A DNA stretch of 46,995 nucleotides from an uncultured Desulfurococcaceae archaeon (GTDB taxonomy: Archaea; Thermoproteota; Thermoprotei_A; Sulfolobales; NBVN01), in contig CAZFVC010000002.1 of NCBI GenBank assembly GCA_964522175.1, positions 1 to 46,995 on the forward strand. The letters are read 5' to 3'. The first letter of the stretch is position 1; the number at the start of each line of letters is the position of its first letter. The position numbers and the translations under genes are program-made. Positions 17,682 through 26,981 of this stretch are shown here, in pieces. Below the pieces are notes generated by a model. That model ran no database searches. It saw nothing but the letters and a program-made list of their open reading frames with translations, and was not told the origin of the DNA.

Positions 17682-18781
17682 CCAATAATCCTCTCCACCA
17701 GCTTCTCTACTGGAACATAGTCGTAATCGAACCCAAACTTCCTCGGGCCGAAGAATTTCAGTCCTTTATCAGTTCTCCAGACCTCAGGGGCCTTGGAAGC
17801 TACACCATGCACCTCCATTCCTTCTTTAAGCTCCGTATTTGTTATGGGCTCACCATCGCTTGTGAGAAGTATGAAGAGGTCTGGAGGCATTACCAAGGGC
17901 TCATTATCTAGCCATACCATAATATGCTCGTTCATAATCCATGTCCTTAACAATCTGCCCTCAAATCTTCCCTTCCCAACTATCGTTGCTTCCCCGCGAA
18001 GGAATCCGCCTTCATCCCTCCAAGAATATTTCTCGACAACACCCTGGAACACTCTCCACCCACCTAATACATCAACCACAGCGTCAACAGGATCTCTGCC
18101 TTCCTTCCTAGCCTTCATAACTGCATCTCCCAGTTTATATGAAAGAGTTATGGTTCCCTTAACAACAGCTTTCTCAGCCTCATCTACCCCCATAGGAGTG
18201 TCAACTACGGCCGAGAATCTCCCACCAAGCACAGAAAGATACCTAGCAATAGATTCATAATCATCAATGTCCGCATACTCCTTAACAACCACTACATTTC
18301 CTGTCTCCGTAACAATTACTGAGGGAAACATAGGGATATCAAATATGTGGACTGTACATTGATGAAGCTCCGGAGCAGCCCTACCCAATAGATCTCCATC
18401 AATCACCGGAAGATTAAGCTTTGCCGCAATGTTTAAGGCCACAGGAGTGTTATCTCCTCCCATCTCATTCGCAACCACACCCCTTATCCGCTTACCTAAA
18501 TAGTTCTCCATCTCTTTGAAAGCTCTGCCTATTGCGTCCTTTATCTTGACAGGCTTTTTAGTCTTTAGTCCTGGCGCTATCGAACCAACAAAGTAGGGAA
18601 CGACTAATACACTATCCTCAGGAATTTCATCAAGATTAACCACACTGACAGACCTCCCTGCAGAAATCACTTCCTCCATCATTTTCATTCCTTCTCGAGG
18701 ATCCCCTCCTCCTCCAGTACCCAAAATAGTTGCTCCGAGAACCAGCTTACGTGCATCTTCCAGTGTATTTATCATGAACAT
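17678..18781 (-). CDS. DUF917-type protein (hydantoinase-associated family)
   Basis: 367 aa with an N-terminal GATILGTGGGGDP motif, recalled as characteristic of DUF917. 4-nt overlap with the downstream racemase gene. Confidence 0.55.
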   Translation of the reverse strand: MFMINTLEDARKLVLGATILGTGGGGDPREGMKMMEEVISAGRSVSVVNLDEIPEDSVLVVPYFVGSIAPGLKTKKPVKIKDAIGRAFKEMENYLGKRIRGVVANEMGGDNTPVALNIAAKLNLPVIDGDLLGRAAPELHQCTVHIFDIPMFPSVIVTETGNVVVVKEYADIDDYESIARYLSVLGGRFSAVVDTPMGVDEAEKAVVKGTITLSYKLGDAVMKARKEGRDPVDAVVDVLGGWRVFQGVVEKYSWRDEGGFLRGEATIVGKGRFEGRLLRTWIMNEHIMVWLDNEPLVMPPDLFILLTSDGEPITNTELKEGMEVHGVASKAPEVWRTDKGLKFFGPRKFGFDYDYVPVEKLVERIIG

Positions 18782-18861
18782 ATTTTACACCAACAATTAA
18801 AATTATTATTAGTGAAAATTAACTTTTTCTATGATTCATTAACTATTATTCAGGGGTCGAA

Positions 18862-19572
18862 TTGGATATCCGAATACTTGTAATAAATCCTGTAGCGACG
18901 GAGATATGGAATCAGCTTACCTATGAGTTCCTTAAGCCGTACGCTGATAAAGAAACGGAAATCGTCGTAAGAAACATTAAGTATGGCCCTCCCGCAATAG
19001 AATGCTTCTATGATAAAGTCACGGCGGCACCGTATGTCATAAAGGAGGTTGATAAGGCTCAAGAAGAAGGATATAACTCAATAATTATAAACTGCTTCGA
19101 CGATCCGGGATTGGAAGCCTCTAGGGAGATATCCTCGATACCAGTTTTAGGGATTGGGGAAACATCAATTACCTTCGCGTTAATGCTTGCCTATAAAATA
19201 GGGATAGTATCTACAGGAATAGAAGCTAAACTTGCATACTACAAGAAAGCTCAGGCCTTAGGTATCAGAGAGAGAGTTGCTTATGCTACAGGTATAGACA
19301 TAGAAGTACTCTCACTGAGGAAAGACCTGGATAAAGTAAAGAAATTATTATTAGAAGAAATTAAGAAAGCAAAGAATGAAGGAGCTGGCGCAGTAGTCCT
19401 TGGCTGCGGAGGCTTTATAGGTCTCTATAAAGAATTAACGGAAGCATCTGGGATACCTATAATAGATCCGACACTTGCCACCTTTAAGATCGCGGAAAGC
19501 ATAGCTAGGATGGGGCTCTCACACAGCAGTTTATATTTATTTAATCGGATTAAACATCCCTATAATATTTAG
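18862..19572 (+). CDS. Asp/Glu/hydantoin racemase-family paralogue with a Gly/Cys active-site configuration
   Basis: Collinear with 17007-17681 (NCFDDPG...VLGIGETS...VLGCGGF). Gly99 aligns with Cys96 of the paralogue. TTG start. Confidence 0.7.
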   Translation: MDIRILVINPVATEIWNQLTYEFLKPYADKETEIVVRNIKYGPPAIECFYDKVTAAPYVIKEVDKAQEEGYNSIIINCFDDPGLEASREISSIPVLGIGETSITFALMLAYKIGIVSTGIEAKLAYYKKAQALGIRERVAYATGIDIEVLSLRKDLDKVKKLLLEEIKKAKNEGAGAVVLGCGGFIGLYKELTEASGIPIIDPTLATFKIAESIARMGLSHSSLYLFNRIKHPYNI

Positions 19573-19769
19573 GCAGTTTACTTTTTGCTAAAAACATTTC
19601 TCAGACTTTTACGAAAAATAACCCATATAAATTACTGTATGCCGAAACGATCTAAAATTATATTCTGCAAGTATTTTCCATTCGCAAAACTTATTATTAG
19701 TTGTTGAAACAAAACTATTGTTGGTGAATATAAGTGAACAGTAGGCATTTGAGAAGATGTCTATCTAAA

Positions 19770-21455
19770 ATGGCTTCAATTATAATAATTGTAATAATAA
19801 TTGGAGCAGCTGCTGCCGCAGTGGGTTATTACTTCTCACAACCTTCGCCTACGTCACCCACGGGGACTACACCCACTACTTCCCCAACTACCCAACCTCC
19901 CACAGAGACCACAACACCCCCACAGAAAAAGGTAGTTATATATGCAGCCCTATCCGAAATGACCACAGCAGATCCCAGCACAGATTTCTCTAATTCTATT
20001 ATGTGGATGGCTGTGGTTTATGAGCCGCTCCTATGGTATAAACCACTGAAGAATGAATTCATACCTGCTCTCGCTGAATCTTATGAACATAATGAGAATA
20101 GCACAATATGGACATTCCATCTGAGGAAAAATGCGGTATTCCATGACGGGACTCCAGTCACTGCCCAAGCTGTGAAGTTCTCAATCGAGAGAACAATCGC
20201 CTTAGGGCAGGGAGCAGCATTCATATGGGATCCTGTAGAAAAAATAGAAACTCCTGACGACTACACGGTTGTGTTTTACCTAAAGCATTCCGCCGCCTTG
20301 GACGAGATAGTGGCCTCCTCCTACGCAGCCTGGATATTCAGTCCGAAAGTTGTGGAATATGCAGGGGCCGCCAATGCTACTGACCCCAAATTAGCTGATT
20401 GGTTCAATGCAGGTAATGAAGCTGCTTCTGGACCTTATAAACTGGTGAAGTGGGATCCTGAAAACGAAGTAGTTCTCGAGAAGTTTAATGATTGGTGGGG
20501 ATGGAAAGATCCTAACTACCCACTTAAAAGTGATAAGGCGCCAGATGTCTTTATCGTGAAGATAGTAAAGGATACAGTAACTCAGGAAAGACTTGTCACT
20601 TCCGGGGACATAAGTATAGCTGAGTATGTACCTCTAGATGATTTAGACAGCCTGAAGAATAATCCGGATCTAAATGTTGTTGAGCAGCCTAGCTTCCAGA
20701 ACCTGCTGATGTTCTTCAATACTAAGAAAGCTCCGCTGGACAATATACTTGTGAGGAAAGCTATAGCACATGCTATCCCTTACAGTGATATTGTTGAGGT
20801 AGCTAGGAACGGCCTTGCTGAGGTGGCCTCTGGACCCGTTCCTCACGGCATGTGGGGTCACTTCGATAATCTAACATATCAGTACAACATAACGCTTGCC
20901 AAGGAGCTTTTGACACAGGCCGGATACCCTAATGGAATAGATAGGACATTACTCCTCACATACACCGCAGGAGATCTCTATGAGGAAAAGAGTGCTCAAC
21001 TCATTAAGTCAAGCCTCCACAAGATCGGTATTGAGGTTGAGGTCAGACCTATGAGCTGGGAGGAACAGTGGTCGCTCGCACAGAGCGGCTGGGAGAATCC
21101 TGAGAATGCTCAGGACATATTCGTTATGTATTGGTGGCCTACATATATCACACCATTCGACTTCCTTTACAACTTGTTCCACACTGATAGCAAAGCATTT
21201 AATTTATGCTACTACACCAACCCAACCTTCGATAAAACAATTGAAGATGCATCATATTGGGAAGGGATAGACAGAAATAAGGCACTAACACTGTACTATC
21301 AGGCCCAGAAAATGCTTTATGATGATGTTCCTGCGATAGCCCTGTGGGACATGATTGATGTAAGGGTGGGAAGAGCTAACATCGGAAACCTGTACGATGC
21401 TATGAATCCTGCATATCCCACCGTGACATTCCCGCAGATTTTGAGTGTAGGTTAA
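19770..21455 (+). CDS. ABC transporter substrate-binding protein, family 5 (Dpp/Opp/Nik type)
   Basis: An N-terminal TM anchor (IIIIVIIIGAAAAAVGYY) is followed by the Thr/Pro-rich linker PSPTSPTGTTPTTSPTTQPPTETTTPPQ, typical of archaeal binding proteins, then an SBP_bac_5-like body. The track start at 19734 (GTG) is an alternative. Confidence 0.85.
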   Translation: MASIIIIVIIIGAAAAAVGYYFSQPSPTSPTGTTPTTSPTTQPPTETTTPPQKKVVIYAALSEMTTADPSTDFSNSIMWMAVVYEPLLWYKPLKNEFIPALAESYEHNENSTIWTFHLRKNAVFHDGTPVTAQAVKFSIERTIALGQGAAFIWDPVEKIETPDDYTVVFYLKHSAALDEIVASSYAAWIFSPKVVEYAGAANATDPKLADWFNAGNEAASGPYKLVKWDPENEVVLEKFNDWWGWKDPNYPLKSDKAPDVFIVKIVKDTVTQERLVTSGDISIAEYVPLDDLDSLKNNPDLNVVEQPSFQNLLMFFNTKKAPLDNILVRKAIAHAIPYSDIVEVARNGLAEVASGPVPHGMWGHFDNLTYQYNITLAKELLTQAGYPNGIDRTLLLTYTAGDLYEEKSAQLIKSSLHKIGIEVEVRPMSWEEQWSLAQSGWENPENAQDIFVMYWWPTYITPFDFLYNLFHTDSKAFNLCYYTNPTFDKTIEDASYWEGIDRNKALTLYYQAQKMLYDDVPAIALWDMIDVRVGRANIGNLYDAMNPAYPTVTFPQILSVG

Positions 21456-21511
21456 TTCTAAAAACAAATTTCTTTTTCATCACATGAACTAGAGTAAGCA
21501 GTGGTGATGCA

Positions 21512-22534
21512 ATGCCGCTGAACAAGGAGTACGTTATAAAAAGAGTGCTTCATATGATAATCGTCGTTTTCGGTGTACTTATAATCACTTTCTTAATCAC
21601 TCGAGTTCTTCCCTCTAACCCTGCCCTCCTTTGGGCTGGTCCACATGCAACTATCGAACAAATAAAGAAAGCTGAAGAAGAATTACATCTTAATCAGCCA
21701 TTATATGTCCAACTCTATCTCTATATTGTTGAATTACTTAAGGGGAATTGGGGGATTTCTTGGAGAACCCGATCAGCGGTTCTGAGCGATATTGCGTCAG
21801 CCCTCCCCGCAACTCTTGAACTGGTAATAGCTTCCTTCCTTATTGCTATAGCTATAGGTATTCCTTTAGGGGTTGCAGCAGCATTGAAGAGAGGTAAGGC
21901 GCTTGACCAAGTAATTAGGGTTCTAAGTGTACTGGGAGCATCAATGCCTGTATTCTGGCTGGCTCTCATTGCTCAATTGGTTTTCAGCTCATGGCTGGGC
22001 TGGTTCCCTGCAGCAAAAAGGGTTGACGAGGCATTAGCTCTAGAGACAGGTTTTCATCCGATAACAGGTTTCTTTTTAATGGACTCCCTAATACAGGGCA
22101 ATATTGCAGTATTCCTTGATGTTCTGAAGCATATTATCCTTCCAGCAGTGATTCTTTCATTATACCCAATGAGTCTCAGTGCCAGAATGACTAGAGCCAT
22201 GATGGTCGAGGTGCTGAATGAACACTATGTGAGAAGTGCCTTAGCTTGGGGACTCCCAGGAAAACTAGTTACTTTCAAGTACGCCCTCAAGAACGCCATA
22301 TCACCTGTTATAGCCTCACTAGGCTTATCCTTTGGCTATACAATAATAGGCGCCTTCATGGTTGAGCTAATATTCGTTTGGCCAGGAATAGGGCTTTACG
22401 CAGCTATGTCTCTTCTAAGCTTTGACTACCCAGCAGTCATAGGAGTGGTGATTATCGTTGCCATATTCTACTCCGTAATTAATCTCGTCGTAGATCTTAT
22501 ACATGCCTCAATAGATCCTAGGGTGAAGCTCTGA
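21512..22534 (+). CDS. ABC transporter permease (DppB/OppB-like)
   Basis: 340 aa, polytopic. ARMTRAMMVEVLNEHYVRSALAWGL matches the conserved cytoplasmic-loop motif. Confidence 0.85.
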   Translation: MPLNKEYVIKRVLHMIIVVFGVLIITFLITRVLPSNPALLWAGPHATIEQIKKAEEELHLNQPLYVQLYLYIVELLKGNWGISWRTRSAVLSDIASALPATLELVIASFLIAIAIGIPLGVAAALKRGKALDQVIRVLSVLGASMPVFWLALIAQLVFSSWLGWFPAAKRVDEALALETGFHPITGFFLMDSLIQGNIAVFLDVLKHIILPAVILSLYPMSLSARMTRAMMVEVLNEHYVRSALAWGLPGKLVTFKYALKNAISPVIASLGLSFGYTIIGAFMVELIFVWPGIGLYAAMSLLSFDYPAVIGVVIIVAIFYSVINLVVDLIHASIDPRVKL

Positions 22535-23406
22535 TGTCTGAAGCTAAAATAGCACTCAAGCTAATCAGGAGAAACCCTGTATCCATGGCAGGACTAATAA
22601 TTGTAGTAGCATTCATTGTTCTGGGACTCATAGCTCCCTACATATTAACTAGGCCGGGCGATGCATGGGGTATAGACTATAATCTCTCGATAAGGTATAT
22701 ACCTCCATCTCCTGAATTCCCCTTCGGGACTGACGATTATGGAAGGGATGTTCTTAATAGAGTTGTTTTAGGAGCCAGGTTCTCCCTCATAATAGCTGTC
22801 TCAGTAGTAGGTCTGGCACTACTTATAGGCATACCCATAGGACTGATAGCTGGTTACGTAGGCGGAAAGGTAGGCACAGTACTCATGAGAGTAACTGACA
22901 TGTTCCTCGCATTCCCGCCTCTACTACTAGCGATAGCCCTAGCAGCAACTTTGGGGAGAGGACTTGAAAACGCAATTATAGCCCTCGCACTCTCCTGGTG
23001 GCCATGGTACACTAGGCTCATGTACATACAAGTAACGTCCATTAAGGAACTTCCTTACGTGGATGCAGCGAGAACCGTTGGACTCAGCAAAACCAAAATA
23101 ATGGTCAGACATATACTCCCTAATGCCCTAACCCCCATAATGGTCCAGGCACCTCTTGACATGGGCTCAGCGATACTGGAAGCTGCAGGCCTAAGCTTCC
23201 TGGGCGTTGGAGTAGTCCCCCCAACCCCTGAATGGGGGTTGCTAGTGAGCCAGGGATGGCAGTCCATCAATAGAGCATGGTGGATTTCTTTCTTCCCAGG
23301 TCTTGCTATAGTAATAACGGTGATTGGATTTAACCTACTGGCAGACGCGTTACGCGAAGCTATGGATCCGAGGCTGAGGAAAGCCATAATTATGAAGGGT
23401 GTGTAA
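22534..23406 (+). CDS. ABC transporter permease (DppC/OppC-like)
   Basis: YVDAARTVGLSKTKIMVRHILPNALTPIMVQ motif. An ATGA-type junction links it to the upstream permease gene. Confidence 0.85.
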   Translation: MSEAKIALKLIRRNPVSMAGLIIVVAFIVLGLIAPYILTRPGDAWGIDYNLSIRYIPPSPEFPFGTDDYGRDVLNRVVLGARFSLIIAVSVVGLALLIGIPIGLIAGYVGGKVGTVLMRVTDMFLAFPPLLLAIALAATLGRGLENAIIALALSWWPWYTRLMYIQVTSIKELPYVDAARTVGLSKTKIMVRHILPNALTPIMVQAPLDMGSAILEAAGLSFLGVGVVPPTPEWGLLVSQGWQSINRAWWISFFPGLAIVITVIGFNLLADALREAMDPRLRKAIIMKGV

Positions 23407-23407
23407 C

Positions 23408-24394
23408 ATGGAAATCCAAGACACCAAAATCCTAGAGGTAAGGAACCTCTCGATTGACTACTATACCCTTGAAGGCGTTATTCATGCAGTGAGGAACATC
23501 AAACTGAGTATCGAGAAAGGAGAGTCAGTCTGCTTAGTAGGAGAGTCAGGATCAGGTAAATCCACTGTTGGCCTCGCAATTGCTCTAGCGCTTCCACAAA
23601 ATGCTCTACCTAAGGGAGAGATACTATACAAAGGAAGGAACATACTAGAGTTTAAAGAGAACGAAAAAAAGAACTACTTAGGCAAAGAAGTATCTATAAT
23701 ATTTCAAGACCCTGCTGCGTCACTTAATCCCCTCTTCACCATAGGGGATCAGATGAGAGACATAATCACCCATCACCTAAACCTCGATAAAGAAAAGGCT
23801 TACGAATATGCAAAAGATGTGCTTAAGAAAGTAGGTCTACCTGATCCAAACCGAGTGTTAAGATCCTACCCTCATGAACTATCAGGAGGGATGCTTCAAA
23901 GAGTAAACATAGCGATAGCTCTCTCCACCACTCCAAAAATATTGATAGCTGACGAACCCACCACTATGCTTGACGTAACTCTTCAAGCACAAATACTCGA
24001 TCTTCTTCAATCCTTAAAGAATGAGTTAAATCTCTCCGTGCTATTTATTACACATAATCTTGGAGTAGCTGCAGAAATCTGTGAGAGGATAGCAGTAATG
24101 TATGCTGGAGTTCTATTAGAGACAGGAAAGGTTGAAGAAGTTCTTCTAAATCCTCTACATCCATACACCCAGGAACTCATTAAGTGCGTTCCCACCGTAA
24201 GCATAAAGAAACATAAGCTAAGCTATATTCCTGGATCCCTCCCAGATCCCCGCTTCCTCCCTCCTGGATGCCCCTTCGCTGAGCGGTGTAGAAACCCTCT
24301 GCCCCAGTGTAAGGAGAGAATGCCTTCGATGATTAAAAAGGGGGAAACGCATGAAGTAGCTTGCTTCAGATATGAGGGGAATAGAAATGAGTGA
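23408..24394 (+). CDS. ABC transporter ATPase (DppD/OppD-like)
   Basis: Walker A GESGSGKST, signature LSGGMLQR, Walker B LIADEPTT, and a C-terminal HPYT...C...C oligopeptide-transporter domain. ATG 23408 is preferred over GTG 23399. Confidence 0.9.
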   Translation: MEIQDTKILEVRNLSIDYYTLEGVIHAVRNIKLSIEKGESVCLVGESGSGKSTVGLAIALALPQNALPKGEILYKGRNILEFKENEKKNYLGKEVSIIFQDPAASLNPLFTIGDQMRDIITHHLNLDKEKAYEYAKDVLKKVGLPDPNRVLRSYPHELSGGMLQRVNIAIALSTTPKILIADEPTTMLDVTLQAQILDLLQSLKNELNLSVLFITHNLGVAAEICERIAVMYAGVLLETGKVEEVLLNPLHPYTQELIKCVPTVSIKKHKLSYIPGSLPDPRFLPPGCPFAERCRNPLPQCKERMPSMIKKGETHEVACFRYEGNRNE

Positions 24395-25406
24395 GCTTCT
24401 AGAGGTCATAGACCTAGCCAAATATTTCCCTATTAAAAGGGGTATACTGGGTAAAGTCATAGGGTACGTAAAGGCTGTTGATGGCGTGTCCTTCACAATA
24501 AAGGAGAATACTGTCTTTGCGTTGGTAGGGGAAAGCGGCTCCGGTAAGACAACCACTGCACGATGCATACTGAAGCTGTATCAGCCCACAAAAGGGAAAA
24601 TTCTTTTTCAAGGCACCGACATCACGAATTTAAAAGGTAAAGACTTAAAAAAATTCAGGAGAAACATTCAAGCAGTTTTTCAGAACCCTTTCCTTTCGTT
24701 AAATCCGCGTATGAAAATCCAATCCATAATAGCTGAACCGTTGCAGACCCATACTAACCTCACGAAAAAAGAGATAAGGGAGGCTGTGGAGAACCTGCTC
24801 GAAAAAGTTGGTCTATCTAAAGGTATAGGGAAAAGATATCCATACGATCTTAGCGGAGGTCAAGCGCAGAGAGTGGCCATAGCTAGAGCCATAGCCCTCA
24901 AGCCTAAGCTAATTGTCTTAGATGAGCCCACCTCAGCACTTGATGTATCTGTCCAAGCTCAGATCCTTAACTTATTATCCGACCTCAAAGAAGATCTGAA
25001 ACTCTCCTACCTGTTGATATCTCATGACTTGTCGGTGGTTAGATACATAAGTGATTATGTAGCCGTCATGTATCTCGGAAAAATAGTTGAATTAGCACCA
25101 GCTGAGGAACTCTTCACAAACCCGTTGCACCCATATACTCAGGCATTACTCTCCGCGGTTCCCGAACCTGATCCGAAGCTGAAGAAGCTTAAGAAGAGAA
25201 TAATTCTTCCGGGAGAGCCTCCAAGCGCAATAAATCCTCCTAAAGGATGCAGGCTGCATCCTAGATGTCCTTACGTGAAAGACATCTGCCGCGAGAAAGA
25301 GCCAGATCTCTTCAATGTAGGTAACGAACATCTAGTGAGGTGCTGGCTCGTGAAAGAAGCCTCCACCAACCCGCAGGCGGAACAGGATCAAAGACCTTTT
25401 GAATAA
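24387..25406 (+). CDS. ABC transporter ATPase (DppF/OppF-like), whose last codons read into an IS remnant
   Basis: Walker A GESGSGKTT, LSGGQAQR and VLDEPTS. ATG 24387 overlaps the upstream stop (ATGAGTGA). After the family-typical end (HLVRCWL), the frame continues for 18 codons through tnpB-derived DNA. Confidence 0.85.
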   Translation: MSELLEVIDLAKYFPIKRGILGKVIGYVKAVDGVSFTIKENTVFALVGESGSGKTTTARCILKLYQPTKGKILFQGTDITNLKGKDLKKFRRNIQAVFQNPFLSLNPRMKIQSIIAEPLQTHTNLTKKEIREAVENLLEKVGLSKGIGKRYPYDLSGGQAQRVAIARAIALKPKLIVLDEPTSALDVSVQAQILNLLSDLKEDLKLSYLLISHDLSVVRYISDYVAVMYLGKIVELAPAEELFTNPLHPYTQALLSAVPEPDPKLKKLKKRIILPGEPPSAINPPKGCRLHPRCPYVKDICREKEPDLFNVGNEHLVRCWLVKEASTNPQAEQDQRPFE

Positions 25407-25854
25407 ACTTGCCGTCCAGCTCTCAAGGGAGTTCTCCGACGCGATTTTCGTCTTCGAGGATTTAAACAAGTTCAACATGTTCAACGGGAATGACAGGAAG
25501 TTTAACCGTAAACTGTCCCGCTTCGCTTGGAGTAAAATCGTTCAGAAACTCTCTTATCGTGTTCCGGTTGAGTTTGTTAATCCCGTTCATACCTCATCCA
25601 CTTGCCCGGTATGTGGGAGTAGATTAGAGTCCCGAAACGGGTTGGTGGAGTGCCCCAACTGCGGATTTAAGGCAGACAGACAGTTCGTTGGAGCGTTCAA
25701 CATTTTCATGCGGGGACTTGGGGTCGCCCTGAGCGGGGGCAAGGCCGGTGATCTACTCCCCAATAAACCCGGAGGGGAGTTGAGGCCAATGAGCCCCAAG
25801 TTCGTCGTGAGGGTGGACTTAAGGGGGAGGGAGTTCACTCACATTCCTCCCTAG
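25354..25854 (+). mobile_element. tnpB: IS200/IS605-family tnpB (OrfB) 3' remnant, N-terminally truncated
   Basis: The in-frame translation reads RRRNRIKDLLNKLAVQLSREFSDAIFVFEDL (RuvC-II Glu region), then NRKLSRFAWSKIV, then VNPVHTSSTCPVCG...CPNCG (zinc finger), then ADRQFVGAFNI (degenerate RuvC-III). About 165 aa remain of an expected ~400. The DNA is visibly more G+C-rich than its flanks. Confidence 0.8.
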
Positions 25855-25868
25855 AAACTCACGACGGA
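25801..25868 (+). other. Nested stem-loop at the 3' end of the tnpB remnant (candidate IS right-end / omega-RNA scaffold relic)
   Basis: The outer 9-bp perfect stem pairs cgtcgtgag (25803-25811) with ctcacgacg (25858-25866). The inner stem pairs gggaggga (25825-25832) with ttcctccc (25844-25851), with one G-U pair. A T5 run follows at 25880-25884. Confidence 0.45.
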
Positions 25869-25903
25869 CAGACCCCTAGTTTTTATCTTGCCCCAACTAA
25901 TTA

Positions 25904-26977
25904 TTGATGGGTGATCCCAAAACGAACACAGATGTTAAAGATAGGATAAAGATCCCAGTATTAAACATGTTTAAAGTGAATATGGGTGTGAAGGCCGGCG
26001 AAAAAGTCCTCGTAATTACTGACTTTCCAGAAAGACAGCATTGGATAAGTAAGGACTTCCTATTCCTAAATGAGGCAAGTGAAAGAACACTACTTGCAAA
26101 AATCGTGTATGAGATTGCTGCTGAAAACCTTAAGGAAAACCAGGTAGAGTTCTACGCATACCCCCTAACAGGAATGCATGGTAAGGAACCTCCGAGGGAT
26201 GCGGCAGAGAAAATGAAAAGCTATGACGTGGCCATTGCCATAACTACATTTTCTCTATCCCACACCAACGCTAGAGAGGAAGCGACCGAGGCTGGGGTAA
26301 GAATCGCCAGCATGCCTGGATTCACAGTCGATATGTTTGAACCTGATGGCCCAATGTCAGCTGACTACCTATGGATTAAAGACACATCCTTAAAGATAGC
26401 TAAATGGCTTGATGGAAAGAAGCATGTGAGAATTGAGAATGAGTACGGCACGAAGCTCAGCCTAAGCGTGGAAGGCAGAAAATGGGACGTGGACATAGGT
26501 CTATACGTAAACAAAGGTGAATGGGGAAACCTGCCCGCTGGAGAAGTATACATTGCCCCATTAGAGGGGTCAACAGAAGGAACTTTAATAGCTCCGAAAG
26601 GGTGGTATCCTAACCTGAAGGAAGATATGGTTTTCCACATTAAGGAAGGGCTGGTCTACAAAATAGATGGGGGCGGTGATGTCGGAGATAACTTCCGAAA
26701 ACTACTTGGGTTGAACCCCATCAATAACTCCCCCGAATATGTTGCGAGAAGAAATATTGCCGAGCTAGGAATTGGGACAAACCCCAAAGCCAAGCGTCCC
26801 GACAATGTATTGGAAGCAGAAAAGATCTTCGGCACCGTACATGTGGCAATAGGAGACAACAGCCACTTCGGCGGCAAGGTAAAGGCAGACCTTCATGAGG
26901 ACTTCGTCCAGCCTAAACCAACAGTTATTGTGGACGGAGAAATATTTATGGAGAAAGGAAAACTTAAGATTCTCTAA
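25904..26977 (+). CDS. M29-family aminopeptidase (AmpS/aminopeptidase T-like)
   Basis: GEKVLVITD..., NLPAGEVYIAPLEGSTEGTL, ELGIGTNP and TVHVAIGDN are typical thermophilic metalloprotease M29 motifs. Confidence 0.75.
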   Translation: MMGDPKTNTDVKDRIKIPVLNMFKVNMGVKAGEKVLVITDFPERQHWISKDFLFLNEASERTLLAKIVYEIAAENLKENQVEFYAYPLTGMHGKEPPRDAAEKMKSYDVAIAITTFSLSHTNAREEATEAGVRIASMPGFTVDMFEPDGPMSADYLWIKDTSLKIAKWLDGKKHVRIENEYGTKLSLSVEGRKWDVDIGLYVNKGEWGNLPAGEVYIAPLEGSTEGTLIAPKGWYPNLKEDMVFHIKEGLVYKIDGGGDVGDNFRKLLGLNPINNSPEYVARRNIAELGIGTNPKAKRPDNVLEAEKIFGTVHVAIGDNSHFGGKVKADLHEDFVQPKPTVIVDGEIFMEKGKLKIL

Positions 26978-26981
26978 TTTT

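Noticed and set aside
17793-18260. 155-aa + strand ORF antisense to the DUF917-type gene
   Set aside because: It is a Ser/Thr/Pro-rich low-complexity mirror frame of a well-supported - strand gene.
19849-19925. ACC/CCC/ACA-rich low-complexity DNA as a possible microsatellite or repeat element
   Set aside because: It is in frame and encodes the Thr/Pro-rich linker after the membrane anchor of the substrate-binding protein, a normal feature of archaeal binding proteins.
19734-25406. Idea that the family-5 ABC importer is a Nik-type nickel transporter serving the hydrogenases
   Set aside because: Family-5 binding proteins cannot be assigned to Ni or peptides by eye. The immediate neighbours are peptidase and racemase genes rather than hyp genes, and about 4.6 kb separate the importer from hypF. 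The idea is not supportable from sequence alone.
25399-25854. 151-aa track ORF as a functional TnpB RNA-guided nuclease
   Set aside because: It lacks the whole N-terminal recognition and RuvC-I half, starts at a TTG created at the junction, and its RuvC-III motif looks degenerate. It is treated as an IS relic.
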